IMG/VR virus record: IMGVR_UViG_3300006145_000002 | Reading direction: 5' to 3' (one strand) | DNA from: an uncultured virus (IMG/VR IMGVR_UViG_3300006145_000002) | Lineage: Duplodnaviria > Heunggongvirae > Uroviricota > Caudoviricetes | Length of the DNA: 64,000 nt | Shown here: one piece after another, positions 41,394 to 54,860 of the stretch | How the letters are laid out: each line of letters begins with the position of its first letter | Position numbering within the stretch: the first letter of the stretch is position 1 | Program-made: the position numbers and the translations under genes | Notes under the pieces: generated by a model | Told to the model about the DNA's origin: nothing | What the model saw: only the letters and a program-made list of their open reading frames with translations | The model's database searches: none

Positions 41394-41687
41394 ATGAAGA
41401 AAATTATTGCACTTATGATTGGTTTAGTGTTGTGTATTAGTCTTTGTGCTTGTACACAGGAAGAAATTAATTATGGAACTAATGCGGGATTTATAGCCAT
41501 TACAGGAAGGGATTATCTATATTATGATAGCAACACAAAGATTGTTTATGTTATGTATAGTGAAAAGTGTGGTTATGGCGGTTATGGATATATGTCACCT
41601 TATTATGCACCGAATGGGTTCCCCTATCGTTATGATGCAAACAATCAAACTTTAATTGAAATTGATGGTGGTGGGATTAGTGGCTAA
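41394..41687 (+). CDS. lipoprotein
   Basis: MKK, hydrophobic stretch, LCAC lipobox. Confidence 0.65.
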   Translation: MKKIIALMIGLVLCISLCACTQEEINYGTNAGFIAITGRDYLYYDSNTKIVYVMYSEKCGYGGYGYMSPYYAPNGFPYRYDANNQTLIEIDGGGISG

Positions 41688-43347
41688 TCTTACAAAATAT
41701 GAACAAGAGACTATCATCAATTATAACAATGAAGAAAAGACAGCATCTATCTTTACTTATGATAAATCCCTTATAAGAAAGCTGGACAAAAGATTAGCAG
41801 ATCATCCAGATATTAAGGTGCTTCGGAGAGGTGATGATTGGGCTGAATATAGTTTGCCTAAGAAATGGATAAAGGTTGGATTCCCAAGACAATTATCTGA
41901 TGAACAAAGGGCAGAAATGGCAAATAGAATGAAAATGGCAAGGAATATATAGTAATGAAAGAAATTATGAAATGCTCAATTTGTAATGCAGAAAATACAA
42001 GACAATATTGGACAGAGGAATTTGGTATAGTTGAAGATTATTATTATTGTAATTTTTGTGGGTATTTTCACGAAATGGCATATAGTCCATGTAATGAGGG
42101 AATTGAATTAATGAGTAACTTCAAAAAATTCATCAAACAAATAATCATTTTGTTAAAACATTTTAATAATACTCGTAAATATCAGTTCAGTAGATCACAT
42201 TGTTTTTAGAGAGGTGCAAATGAGAACTAAAAATGAATTGTTTTTGCTTGGTGAAGTATCTATTTTACTTCAGTACCTTTTTATGAGCGAAAAGCATACT
42301 ATCACATTTAGCAATGGACTTACAAGCCTAAAAATTAGAATGGATGAGAATTTTAATATTAGGTGCAAAAATTTAAACTTTCCTGATGTTTCTGAATGTG
42401 ATTTTACCGAGCAGATGACACCTTTATATACGTTGGGAGTAATTCAAATCCTTCAAAAAATGCCGCCCGAAGAATTTAAAGACTCATTCAAAAATCGTTG
42501 GGATGAAATAAGGCAAATCACATTATCCAATCTTGCCCTAAACAGAAAGTAAGTTAAGCATAATGGCAAGATTCAAAGTAAAAGAAATTGATTGTTATTA
42601 TCCCTCTGATACAATTTTGAATTTTATTGATTATGCAGAATCTAATTTGCACAACATTGGGCGATATAATGGTTCCTTATCATTGTATCACAAATGCTTA
42701 TATATTAAGCGAAAGGATTCATTAATGTATAAATATGGGCCAGACCGATTTAGTGACATTCAAAGATTAAAACAATTCATGCGTAGGTGTTATCGAGAAA
42801 TCAGTTTATGGGGAGAGAAGAATGGAGGTGCTTAATGGGAGAGACTGAAAATACAGGTGTTCTTTATTTGGATGGTAAGCCATTACGTTTAACTGAAATG
42901 CCTGAAATTACATTTGACTCATCTATAGATGGAAAAGATATAATTGGTGCATTTTCATGTGATAGAAGTTGTTCATTTACAGCAACATTTAGATATTCTA
43001 AAATGAGTCGCAAAAGATTTGTTCGTAACTTAATGAAACAAGGATATTCAAAAAAGGTTGCAAAATGGTTATCGTGGTACTGCAATAAAAAGAGAATCCC
43101 ATATAGCAAAGCCAATACGCTAATTGCTCTTGGATTATCGGTGAGGTGATTTTATGGAAAGATGGCGAGAAGAAGTTGAATTTGATCCTGAAGCGATGGA
43201 ACGGATTGTGGATGTAGTAGACCATTATCCTATGTCTTTGCGTGATTGTGCAAGGATAATTGAAGCTGCTGCTTTATTATGCAGACATAAAACGCCTAAT
43301 GGAGTTATTGCAGAATTAAATAAGCTAACTGAACAATATGGATTGAG

Positions 43348-43887
43348 GTGATAAATATTTTAGAATTATATAAATACACTGATAAGGAAATTGATCAACT
43401 TGTTCGGTCTATTGTAATTCTTACCGATACCAGAGAACAAAAGAATCAGCATATTCTTGATTGGCTTGATAAAAAGAAAATTCCCCATAAAACAAAAGCG
43501 TTGTCAAATGGTGATTACAGTTTCTATGTTCCTGCTAATCCTGATCTAAATATTGACCGAGATTTGTTCTTTGATAAAGAAATTATGGTAGAGCGCAAAG
43601 GATCACTGGAGGAACTGAGCGGTAACTTTTCGCAGCAAAGAGCAAGGTTTGAAGAAGAAATGGCTACTTATCCCGGCGTAAAGTATTTGTTGATAGAGAA
43701 TGCAAACTATCAAGATATTGTTACTGGTAAATATGATACTAAGTTTTCATCCAAAGCCTATCTTGCCAGTTTACATACTTTCAATCATCGGTATGGCCTA
43801 CAAATGATGTTCATGCCCGATCCGCAATATTCAGGGTATTTTCTCTACGGAGTTTTTACCTACTTTTTGAAACAAATTCTGAGATAG
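43348..43887 (+). CDS. ERCC4/XPF-family nuclease
   Basis: DTREQ, GDYS, VERKGSLEEL. Confidence 0.88.
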   Translation: MINILELYKYTDKEIDQLVRSIVILTDTREQKNQHILDWLDKKKIPHKTKALSNGDYSFYVPANPDLNIDRDLFFDKEIMVERKGSLEELSGNFSQQRARFEEEMATYPGVKYLLIENANYQDIVTGKYDTKFSSKAYLASLHTFNHRYGLQMMFMPDPQYSGYFLYGVFTYFLKQILR

Positions 43888-43890
43888 GTC

Positions 43891-43919
43891 TTGACAATAA
43901 CGGTATATTCAACTACAAT
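43891..43919 (+). promoter_or_regulatory. sigma-A promoter nearly identical to 10914-10942
   Basis: TTGACA-ATAACGGTATATTCAAC-TACAAT. Confidence 0.8.
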
Positions 43920-43980
43920 AGACGATGAACGGACTTGTAATGTCTGTTCACTAAACAACAAATAACGAGAAAGGCAATAA

Positions 43981-45963
<1,983 letters not shown>

Positions 45964-45972
45964 AATTGAAAC

Positions 45973-45994
45973 GGGACGTGCATCAACACGTCCC
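45973..45994. terminator. hairpin between convergent genes
   Basis: GGGACGTG-catcaa-CACGTCCC. Confidence 0.6.
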
Positions 45995-46002
45995 ATCCCA
46001 AA

Positions 46003-46275
46003 TCATTCTTCAGTTTTCGCCGCTTTCTTGCTGATTGCCTTATCAAGCAGAGCATCAATTTCTTCATCCGTCAACCCTGCTTCTCTGGCTTTAGTAATAA
46101 GCATCTTTGTTTTAGCAGCCTTAGAAGTACGAGGCTTGGGATTCAGAATAGCCGCTTTCTTTGCCTCCAGCTTTTGAATTGCTTCTTTATGAGATTTGAT
46201 CTTTTCGTCAATTTCGGAAACTCGTTCTTCAGCAGAACGGCGAACAAGTTTTCTTTTCTCCGCAGTTTCAGCCAT
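46003..46275 (-). CDS. small basic coiled-coil protein with its own promoter
   Basis: AAGGAG RBS, TTTACA-17-TATAAT at 46339-46311. Confidence 0.75.
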   Translation of the reverse strand: MAETAEKRKLVRRSAEERVSEIDEKIKSHKEAIQKLEAKKAAILNPKPRTSKAAKTKMLITKAREAGLTDEEIDALLDKAISKKAAKTEE

Positions 46276-46357
46276 AGATATTCAACTCCTTTGCTTAATT
46301 TGGCAAAGTTATTATAACACATAGAATTCTCATTGTAAACATGAAAGGTGAAATTAA

Positions 46358-47473
46358 ATGGGAGATTATATTTATATGAACAAGGACTTGATTAAAATGC
46401 AGTCTCGTCCGTTCAATACAAAACTCCAAGTGACAACTGCAAAGTTCCTTGAGTTTTGCCAAAAGACTGAATATAATGTTTCCCTCTCATTTTCGGGGGG
46501 GGCAGATAGTTCAGTTTTGTTAGATATGTTTGCAAAGTTTTGGTCATTACATCGTGATCAGCATGATAATAAACCATTGACTGTTATTTATGCTAATACC
46601 AGTAATGAGTTTGCATCTATGCCAAAACACGTTAAATTCTTTTGTGAATATATTGAACAGAAATATAATATAACGATTGATTTACATATTGTACGAAGCA
46701 AAACTACTTTCTTTGATGTGGTTAAAACAGAGGGGTATCCTGTAGCCAGTAAAAAAATTGCTCGTATGATCCGTGATGTTAGGGACTATTTTGCAGAACA
46801 CGATATTAAATATTCTGATATTGAACCTCATTTAGATCAGGGCGTATCAACTGCCAACTATTTAAGAGAATTACAATTCCCTGCAACTATCATTTTGCGA
46901 TTGTCTGGATATACAAGAGAAAATCGCATATGTAAAACATGGTCTATTCCTAAAAAATGGAGATTTTTAATTGAGGCTCCATTTCCGATAAGCGAACATT
47001 GTTGTGATATTTTGAAAAAGCAGCCTATTAAGTTAGTGCAGAAAGAAGTTCAGGCCAATCCAATCTACGGTACTTTAGCAGAGGATAGTCAAATGCGTAA
47101 AGATGCTTATTTGAAAACTGGATGCAATGCCTTTAAGGATGGACATGGTAAATCAACACCTATGGGATTTTGGACACGGCAGGATGTTCTTCGATACCTC
47201 TATGATTTTAATATTCCTATCGCCTCGCCCTATGGAAGTATTGCGAAACTGGATAATGGGCAGTTTGAATTTACAGGCGAACATAACACGGGTTGCAAAT
47301 TATGTTTGTTTGGTTGTCATCTGGAACATGAGCCAAATAGGATTCAGCGATTGGCAACGATTGAACCAAACACATATAAGTTTGTAATGAAAAGTAGAGA
47401 AGAAGGAGGACTTGGTTATCGTGAAGTAATGGATTATTTAGGTATACCGTATGAAACGACAGACAACAAATAA
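46358..47473 (+). CDS. PAPS reductase-family protein
   Basis: SFSGGADS, EHCCDILKKQP, TGCKLCLFG. In-frame G8 at 46495-46502. Confidence 0.88.
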   Translation: MGDYIYMNKDLIKMQSRPFNTKLQVTTAKFLEFCQKTEYNVSLSFSGGADSSVLLDMFAKFWSLHRDQHDNKPLTVIYANTSNEFASMPKHVKFFCEYIEQKYNITIDLHIVRSKTTFFDVVKTEGYPVASKKIARMIRDVRDYFAEHDIKYSDIEPHLDQGVSTANYLRELQFPATIILRLSGYTRENRICKTWSIPKKWRFLIEAPFPISEHCCDILKKQPIKLVQKEVQANPIYGTLAEDSQMRKDAYLKTGCNAFKDGHGKSTPMGFWTRQDVLRYLYDFNIPIASPYGSIAKLDNGQFEFTGEHNTGCKLCLFGCHLEHEPNRIQRLATIEPNTYKFVMKSREEGGLGYREVMDYLGIPYETTDNK

Positions 47474-47705
47474 TAAGAAAGGAAATTAGAAATGAATCGT
47501 AAGCAAAAGCAAAATGAGCAGAAGCCAAAAGGAGAAAACAAAAAGTGCTGCATGGAATGCGGATCGTCCAGTGGTACACTACACAAGATTAAGAAACCTA
47601 ATGGTAAGAAGGGTTATCTTTGCGGATTCTGCTTCGATGCTTACAGAGAACATGGCAATTAACTTTGGCAAAATAACGATATAATCAATAACAAGGAGGA
47701 ATTAC

Positions 47706-48392
47706 ATGAAGATTATTTCACCCAGCTTTGAAATTATTACCCTCATTGATAGTACAGAAATTCTAAAGACGATTGAGAAAGTCGGACGCACTTGTTATAA
47801 GAGCGAAGATAAGATTACAGAAGATTCATGTCGTGGTTTTGTACAGCGAATTATCAAGAGCGGTCATGAGGCTGTAATTGAACATTACAATGTGACAGTT
47901 CGGCTTACCAATGATCGTGGTGTATCTCATGAAGAAGTTCGTCATCGTATTGCCAGCTTTGCACAGGAGTCTACCCGTTACTGCAACTATAGCAAGGATA
48001 AGTTCGGTAACGAGATTACATATATCGACATTAAGGGCGGTATGGAACTCGATCCCAAGGTTAGCCAGCTTGACGCAAAAACATTTACCGCAATTTATGA
48101 CGAGTGGATTCAGGCTTGTATTGATGCAGAAAAGCATTATAACCGAATGATTGAACTTGGTGCTACGCCGCAGATCGCACGTTCTGTCCTTAACAATTCT
48201 ACCAAGACTGAAATCTGTATCACAATGAATCTTCGTGAGTGGCGACATTTCTTCCGTCTGCGCACTTCTCCCGCAGCACATCCGCAAATGAGAGAAATTG
48301 CAATTCAGCTTTTGAAGGCATTTAAGATGATGATTCCTGTTGTTTTCGATGACATTTATCAGGAGTATTTGGAGAGTGCCAAGAAGGACTAA
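47706..48392 (+). CDS. thyX: FAD-dependent thymidylate synthase
   Basis: GHEAVIEH, RHRIASFAQESTRY, NLREWRHF. Confidence 0.95.
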   Translation: MKIISPSFEIITLIDSTEILKTIEKVGRTCYKSEDKITEDSCRGFVQRIIKSGHEAVIEHYNVTVRLTNDRGVSHEEVRHRIASFAQESTRYCNYSKDKFGNEITYIDIKGGMELDPKVSQLDAKTFTAIYDEWIQACIDAEKHYNRMIELGATPQIARSVLNNSTKTEICITMNLREWRHFFRLRTSPAAHPQMREIAIQLLKAFKMMIPVVFDDIYQEYLESAKKD

Positions 48393-48897
48393 TAGAATTA
48401 TTGATTGTGGTGATTACTGTAAAGTTGAACTGTATTATCCACATTCAAGTTCTGTTTGTGACTATGCACTAATTTCAAAATCTGATTTAACTCTTGTAAG
48501 ACAAATCTATTGGCGTAAGACGGAGTATGGATATGCCAGAGGCAAAAATCCATTGACACGAAAAGATATATTACTTCACAAGTACATAACACAAACATCA
48601 AAAGAAACAGTAATTGACCATATTAATCGAAACAAATTGGATTGCAGACGTGAAAATATGCGCATTGCTGATAGCCAGATCAATTCTTTAAATCGCAATG
48701 CGCCATGCAATTCCACCACTGGATATAAAGGTGTTTCGTTTGATTATAGAACAGGAAAGTTTAAAGCCTATGTAAAAGTCGATAGAAAACAGATTAATCT
48801 TGGCCTCTTTGATACTGCTGAATTAGCATATCAAGAAAGAACTATTTATGAACAACTTCTCATGAGTATCATGACAAGAAAATGTAAGGGGGTTTGA
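48376..48897 (+). mobile_element. free-standing HNH-AP2 homing endonuclease
   Basis: LHKYI, IDHINRNKLDCRRENMR, GYKGVS..KFKAYV. Overlaps the end of thyX. Confidence 0.8.
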
Positions 48898-48898
48898 T

Positions 48899-49429
48899 AT
48901 GAAAGTAATTTGTATTTCCGGGAAAGCACGTCATGGCAAAGATACTTTGGCTGGCGTTTTGAAAAAGCATCTGGAGGATCATGGGAACCGTGTATTAGTC
49001 ACTCACTTTGGCGATCTGGTTAAATATATCTGCGAAAAATTTTTTGATTGGGATGGACAGAAAGATGAAAAGGGCAGAACACTTCTTCAGTATGTTGGTA
49101 CAGATGTTGTACGAACACAGGAGCCTAACTTCTGGACAGATTTCATCAAGAAGGTTTTGACACTGTTTCCTGATGAATGGGATTATGTTCTGATTCCCGA
49201 TTGCCGTTTTCCCAATGAAATTGAATGTTTTAAGGATGGTAATTTTGATGCACACCTTGTAAGAATTACCCGCCCGAATTGTGATTCTGGTCTTACAGAG
49301 CAGCAGTTAAATCATCCTTCTGAAACAGCAATGGATAATTACCATGCAGATTACTATATCATTAATGATTCTACATTGGACAATCTTGAAGCACAGATTC
49401 CAGAGATTCTAAAAGCTATCGGAGGTTAA
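48899..49429 (+). CDS. deoxynucleoside monophosphate kinase-like protein
   Basis: SGKARHGKDT, RTLLQYVGT, DCRFPNE, HPSE. Confidence 0.8.
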   Translation: MKVICISGKARHGKDTLAGVLKKHLEDHGNRVLVTHFGDLVKYICEKFFDWDGQKDEKGRTLLQYVGTDVVRTQEPNFWTDFIKKVLTLFPDEWDYVLIPDCRFPNEIECFKDGNFDAHLVRITRPNCDSGLTEQQLNHPSETAMDNYHADYYIINDSTLDNLEAQIPEILKAIGG

Positions 49430-49430
49430 A

Positions 49431-49973
49431 ATGTCAGATAAAAAGATTGTTCTGTGTGATGCAGATGATACCATTGAAAATCTGTGTGAAACATGGGTGA
49501 ATTATCTGAATTGCCGATATGGAACAAAAGTAGCTGCTGATGATGTTGTCGATTGGGATGTAAGTAAATTTTTCCCTGAATTGACTAAGGATCAAGTCTA
49601 TGCTCCTATATATGATAAGGAATTTTGGAAACTCATTCTTCCAATCAAGGGATGTTATAAAGTCCTTAGTGAAATCAATAAAAAGCATGATTTGTATATT
49701 GTAACAGCTACGAATTATCAAACTTGCGATACAAAAGTTGAACGTATTATTGTCGATCTGTTTCCGTTTCTTCAGTGGTCACAATTCATTATTGCTTCTA
49801 AAAAGCAACTTGTGTACGGTGACTATTTGATTGACGATGGAGTACATAATTTTGATGGCGGTCACTATAAGGGAATTCTATTTGATCGCCCACATAATCG
49901 CTTATTTGATGCAAAAGCTGCTGGCCTAACCCGTGTTCATACATGGGATGAAATTGGCAATATCTTATTGTAA
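49431..49973 (+). CDS. 5'(3')-deoxyribonucleotidase (HAD family)
   Basis: CDADDT, IVTA, LIDD, RPHN. Confidence 0.85.
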   Translation: MSDKKIVLCDADDTIENLCETWVNYLNCRYGTKVAADDVVDWDVSKFFPELTKDQVYAPIYDKEFWKLILPIKGCYKVLSEINKKHDLYIVTATNYQTCDTKVERIIVDLFPFLQWSQFIIASKKQLVYGDYLIDDGVHNFDGGHYKGILFDRPHNRLFDAKAAGLTRVHTWDEIGNILL

Positions 49974-49988
49974 TAAAGGAGTAATTCA

Positions 49989-52298
49989 ATGGTTGTAATT
50001 AAACGTGATGGCAGAGAAGTTGAGTTTGATAAAAGAAAAATCAGCAATGCAGTTTTGAAAGCAATTATTGAGGTAGATGGTGAAAGCACACTTGATACAG
50101 AAAGAATTGCTTACGATATTGCAGATCGTATTGAAGAAAAGAGTAAAGATGCTGCTTTGACTGTTGAGCAAATTCAGGATATGGTCGAGGTTCAGCTTAT
50201 GCTTAGTTATCGTAAAGATATTGCAAAAGCATATATCTTGTATCGTAATGAAAGAACCAAAATCCGTGATAGAAATAGTAATCTTGTTAAGAATATTATG
50301 GTAAGGGCTGATTCAAAAGTCAATTATCGGTCTAATGCAAATGTTGATGAATCGTCATTCTCTGGACGTGAAAAAGAGGCTTCTGCCGATATTGGTAAGA
50401 TGATTGCGCTGGATTTTGATGGTCTTTCTCATGATGTTGCCGAAGCACATAAGTCAATGCTGGTATATCAGCATGATCTTGAAAAGGCTATTTACGGTAT
50501 TCATAACTGTCTTAATCTCAATTTCCAAGAGATTTTTAACTATGGTTTCCGTACACGTAATGGTGATGTAAGACCGCCTTCCTCTTTTAGTACAGCTTGT
50601 CAGTTGGTTGCGGTTGCTTTTCAGTGTCAAAGTCAAGTGCAGTTTGGCGGTGTCGGTAGCATTCATCTGGACTATGATCTTGCTCCGTTTGTTACTAAGA
50701 GTTTCGTAAAGAAATATATCTTTGCACTGATTAAAGCCAGTGACGAGTTCTCTGATACAGATTTTGTAAATCTGAATGAGGAACAGTTGGATGCTTTTAT
50801 TGATGAAATGACACCTATTATGCTGGAGCGTAATAGTCTGTCCAGAGAAGATATTTTCCTTGATAATAAAGCCAATCTCGACAAGAGAATGTATAATCAA
50901 GCCTATTTTGACTTGATGTGTGAAGGTAAACAAGCGGCTCAAGGTCTGTATCATAATCTTAATACACTTGAATCTCGACAGGGTTCACAAGTTCCATTTA
51001 CAAGTATCAATCTCGGTAGAGATACCAGTACAGAAGGTAGACTTGTTACAAAGTGGATTATGGAGGCCAGCATTGACGGTATTGGGCAACATCATCTTAC
51101 AAGTATTTTCCCCATTAGCATTTTCCAGTATAAGGTAGGGGTTAATGCAAATCCGTCCGATCCCAACTATGATTTGAAGCAATATGCTCTTAGGTCGATG
51201 AGTAAGCGTATTTATCCTAATTGGTGCAATGGAAATTGGTCACAGGCACACGAAGATGAAAATAATCCAGATACGTTCTTTGCGACTATGGGATGCCGAA
51301 CCTTAATTGGATATGACCGTCATGGGCTTGGATATATTCGACAGGGACGTGGTAACAATGTTCCCAATACAATTATCCTTCCGAAGCTGGGTATCGAATT
51401 TGGTATTTGTCTTGGTAGGCGTGATAAACCTGATCTGGATGGATTCTGGAAGGCTTTTGAGGAAACTTTGCAGTTGACAGAGCGTGGGCTTCTGGAGCGA
51501 TTTGAAATCATGGTACGGCAATCTCCTAAGTCAGCACCATTCATGTATCAAAACAATACTATTCAGGATGCAAGAAACTGTGAAGAGAATGTGTTTAATG
51601 CGCTGAAACATAATACATTGGCGATTGGCTATCTTGGTATTGCCGAAATGTGTCAGGCCCTTTTTGGTAAGAATCATGTTCATGATGAAAATGTTCATGC
51701 CTTTGCTTTGTCTGTTGTCAAGCGCATTAATGAGTATGCTGCTGAAGCGTCCGAACGTAACAATTTGAATTTCTCTTGCTATGCCACTCCAGCAGAAGGA
51801 CTTTGCCGTACCGCATTGATGGGGCTTCGTGAGCAGTATGGTGTTATTGAAAACGTTACCTCCCATGAGTATTTGACAAATTCACATCATGTTCCTGTTT
51901 GGGAAAAGGTTTCTATTCAGGATAAGTTACGGTGTGAGGCTCCTTTCTGTAAATACCCTACTGGCGGTTGTATTACATACGTTGAACTTGATAGCACATT
52001 TGTAAAGAATACTAAGGCAGTAGAGGACATTATTGATTATGCCTTTAAGGATTTGGATATTCCATATCTGGCATTTAACTTCCCGATTGATAGCTGCTTA
52101 GATTGTGGGTATCAGGGTGAATTTAATGATGCCTGTCCTCAGTGTGGAAGTCAGAACATCCAGCAGCTTCGCCGTGTGACTGGCTATCTGACAACAGACT
52201 ATCGTAATTTTAACGATGGTAAGCAGCGGGAAGTGCTTGATCGTGAACAGCATAGTAAATATACTCCACAAATCAATCAAGGATCAGATGAGTCTTAA
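49989..52298 (+). CDS. nrdD: anaerobic ribonucleoside-triphosphate reductase
   Basis: ATP cone VIKRDG, MGCRT, TPAEG, TNSHH, RRVTGYL glycyl-radical motif. Confidence 0.95.
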   Translation: MVVIKRDGREVEFDKRKISNAVLKAIIEVDGESTLDTERIAYDIADRIEEKSKDAALTVEQIQDMVEVQLMLSYRKDIAKAYILYRNERTKIRDRNSNLVKNIMVRADSKVNYRSNANVDESSFSGREKEASADIGKMIALDFDGLSHDVAEAHKSMLVYQHDLEKAIYGIHNCLNLNFQEIFNYGFRTRNGDVRPPSSFSTACQLVAVAFQCQSQVQFGGVGSIHLDYDLAPFVTKSFVKKYIFALIKASDEFSDTDFVNLNEEQLDAFIDEMTPIMLERNSLSREDIFLDNKANLDKRMYNQAYFDLMCEGKQAAQGLYHNLNTLESRQGSQVPFTSINLGRDTSTEGRLVTKWIMEASIDGIGQHHLTSIFPISIFQYKVGVNANPSDPNYDLKQYALRSMSKRIYPNWCNGNWSQAHEDENNPDTFFATMGCRTLIGYDRHGLGYIRQGRGNNVPNTIILPKLGIEFGICLGRRDKPDLDGFWKAFEETLQLTERGLLERFEIMVRQSPKSAPFMYQNNTIQDARNCEENVFNALKHNTLAIGYLGIAEMCQALFGKNHVHDENVHAFALSVVKRINEYAAEASERNNLNFSCYATPAEGLCRTALMGLREQYGVIENVTSHEYLTNSHHVPVWEKVSIQDKLRCEAPFCKYPTGGCITYVELDSTFVKNTKAVEDIIDYAFKDLDIPYLAFNFPIDSCLDCGYQGEFNDACPQCGSQNIQQLRRVTGYLTTDYRNFNDGKQREVLDREQHSKYTPQINQGSDES

Positions 52299-52824
52299 TT
52301 GGCGATACGCTGGTATTGAATATGATGATATAGCAAATGGTATTGGCCTTGGGGCAGTTTTCTTCACACAGGGCTGTCCCCACCAATGCCCCGAATGCCA
52401 TAATCCTCAAACGTGGAGTAGGGATGGTGGAGAACAGTTTACGGATGCTGTATTAGATCAGCTTTTGCAATACTATTATGATATTCCATATGCCAGTAGA
52501 TTAACCCTTTCAGGCGGCGATCCTTTAGCAAGTCCTGAATTAACCTATAGTATCATTTTCAAATTTAAAACTATTTTCCCACACAAAAAGGTTTGGTTAT
52601 ATACAGGTTATCTTTTTGAGGATTTTGCCTTTAATACTTCAGCAACAGAAATAGATTCTTTAATTCAAAAGATTATTCGGTTGTGCGATGTAGTTGTTGA
52701 TGGCGAATTTGAAATTGATAAGCGTGACATAACTTTACAATTTATGGGTTCCAGTAATCAAAGGATTATTGATGTGCAGAAATCTTTAAAAGAAAAGCAA
52801 ACGGTTCTATGGAAGGAGAATTGA
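52288..52824 (+). CDS. nrdG: anaerobic RNR activating enzyme
   Basis: GCPHQCPECHN, SGGDP, YTGY, GSSNQR. Confidence 0.93.
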   Translation: MSLNWRYAGIEYDDIANGIGLGAVFFTQGCPHQCPECHNPQTWSRDGGEQFTDAVLDQLLQYYYDIPYASRLTLSGGDPLASPELTYSIIFKFKTIFPHKKVWLYTGYLFEDFAFNTSATEIDSLIQKIIRLCDVVVDGEFEIDKRDITLQFMGSSNQRIIDVQKSLKEKQTVLWKEN

Positions 52825-52989
52825 TATGATGTTGAAAGATTTGCATTCTAAACCATTGTCAGAAATTATTGAACAAATGGATATGGTTGATTTAAAAGTA
52901 CATTCCGACAACAACGGTGTAATCAATAGCATCGAAATTAAGTATGCAGCACAGCAAAAGGTAGATAAAGAAACTACTTGGAGGAAATA

Positions 52990-54076
52990 ATGAGAGTAGC
53001 TATTATTGATGCAGACTTAATAGGACGCAAAAAGCATAGATTTCCAAATCTTGCTTGTATGAAACTTTCTGCATACCATAAAATCGGGGGGGGCAGACGT
53101 TTTTCTAAAAACAGATTATGACAATCTTGAATCATTTGACAAAGTTTTCATTTCTAAAGTTTTTACTGATACACCTATTGATGATAAAATCTTACATCTT
53201 GAAAATGTTCAATATGGTGGAACAGGATTCTTTTATGACTTGGCTCCAAAACTTCTTGATGAGATTGAGCATATATTCCCTGATTATCATTTATATGATG
53301 ATTGGGTAAACAAGCAAATTGAAAACGGTATAAAGCCAATAAAGTTGAAGTATTATACAGACTATTCTATAGGTTTTATGACCAGAGGATGCTTTAGGCA
53401 ATGCCAGTTCTGTGTAAATCGAAATTATAAAAAAGTATCTGTACATAGTCCACTTATAGAATTTTATGATCCAACAAGACCAAAAATTTGTTTGCTTGAT
53501 GATAATTTCCTTGGGTTTTCATGTTGGAAAGAATTGCTTTTAGAATTACAGTCTACTAACAAACCATTTCAATTTGATCAAGGATTAGATGAAAGGCTTT
53601 TAACACAAGAGAAATGCGAAGTACTTTTCAAGAGCAAATACGATGGTGATTATAAATTTGCCTTTGATAATGTTGCAGATGCAGAAGTAATTGAAAGAAA
53701 GCTAAAATTAATTAGAGAATATACAAACAAAAGTATAAAATTCTATGTGTTTTGCGGCTTTGATCGTAATGATATTTGGGATGATTCTTTTTGGAGACAG
53801 GATATATTAGATATAATGACTCGTATTGAAATTTTGATGAAATATCATGCGTTGCCATATATCATGCGTTTTATAAAATACAAAGAAAGTCCATATGAAA
53901 AATTGTATACTGAAATCGCTCGTTGGTGCAATCAGCCAGCATTTATCAAAAAGAAAAGTTTTCATGAATTTGCTCAAATACGTGAAGGAAGTATTAATTG
54001 GCGAACAATGCTAAAAGCTGAATCTGAAATTGAAGGACTTACAAAATATTTTGAAATGAAATGGGAGGGTAACTAA
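52990..54076 (+). pseudogene. radical SAM protein frameshifted at G8
   Basis: IIDAD..FPNLACMKLSAYHK in one frame, ISKVFT..GGTG..TRGCFRQCQFC in the next. G7 at 53086 would fuse them. Confidence 0.85.
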
Positions 54077-54624
54077 TGCTTGTTGTAAATCTTTTTGGTG
54101 CGCCCGGAGCAGGGAAGTCTACTGGTGCAGCGTATATCTTTTCTCGCCTGAAACTTGCTGGCATTAATGCAGAACTGGTTACTGAATTTGCCAAGGATAA
54201 GGTATGGGAGGAAAGCAAGGCAGTATTCCAAAATCAAGCATATATTTTCGGAAAGCAGTATTTCCGTATCAGTAGGGTACAGGACAAGGTAGATGTGGTT
54301 ATTACCGATTCACCGATTTTGCTGTCGCCGTTCTATACCGATGACCCTGTGCTTGGCGATGAGTTTGATAAGCTGGTCACAAAGGTATTTAACTCTTATG
54401 ATTCCTTTAACGCATTTATCAACCGTGTAAAGCCTTATAATGTTGCTGGCAGATTCCAGACAGAGCAGGAGAGTGATGAACTGGCTAAGAAGCTGCTGGC
54501 TTTCGTTACGGCACATGGCGTTACTTGTAGGTATTATGATGGTGATGTAAGGAGTTATGATGTACTTGTTGCTGATATTCTTGAAAGACTTAGATGCCCC
54601 GGAAGGAGTTTCGGGACTGTTTAA
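54076..54624 (+). CDS. P-loop kinase/ATPase (NadR-like AAA)
   Basis: GAPGAGKST, EFAK, ITDSP. Confidence 0.7.
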   Translation: MLVVNLFGAPGAGKSTGAAYIFSRLKLAGINAELVTEFAKDKVWEESKAVFQNQAYIFGKQYFRISRVQDKVDVVITDSPILLSPFYTDDPVLGDEFDKLVTKVFNSYDSFNAFINRVKPYNVAGRFQTEQESDELAKKLLAFVTAHGVTCRYYDGDVRSYDVLVADILERLRCPGRSFGTV

Positions 54625-54860
54625 CATTCAAATAACGATTTAATCAATAAAAGGAGTTGCTATGAGAACAAATAAAAAGAACCCGTGTGAAGGTTGCCAC
54701 TACTGGAGATACTTGTATCCTTGTAATGCTTGTCACTATATGTATGTTACTGGACATAGCCGTGGTTGTGAAGCTGGGGCAAATTGTACTCGTAGAAAAC
54801 CAATGAATAAAGAAGAAATGAAAAAAGAAATTCCAGCACTTTTGAAGATGGGAGATTACG

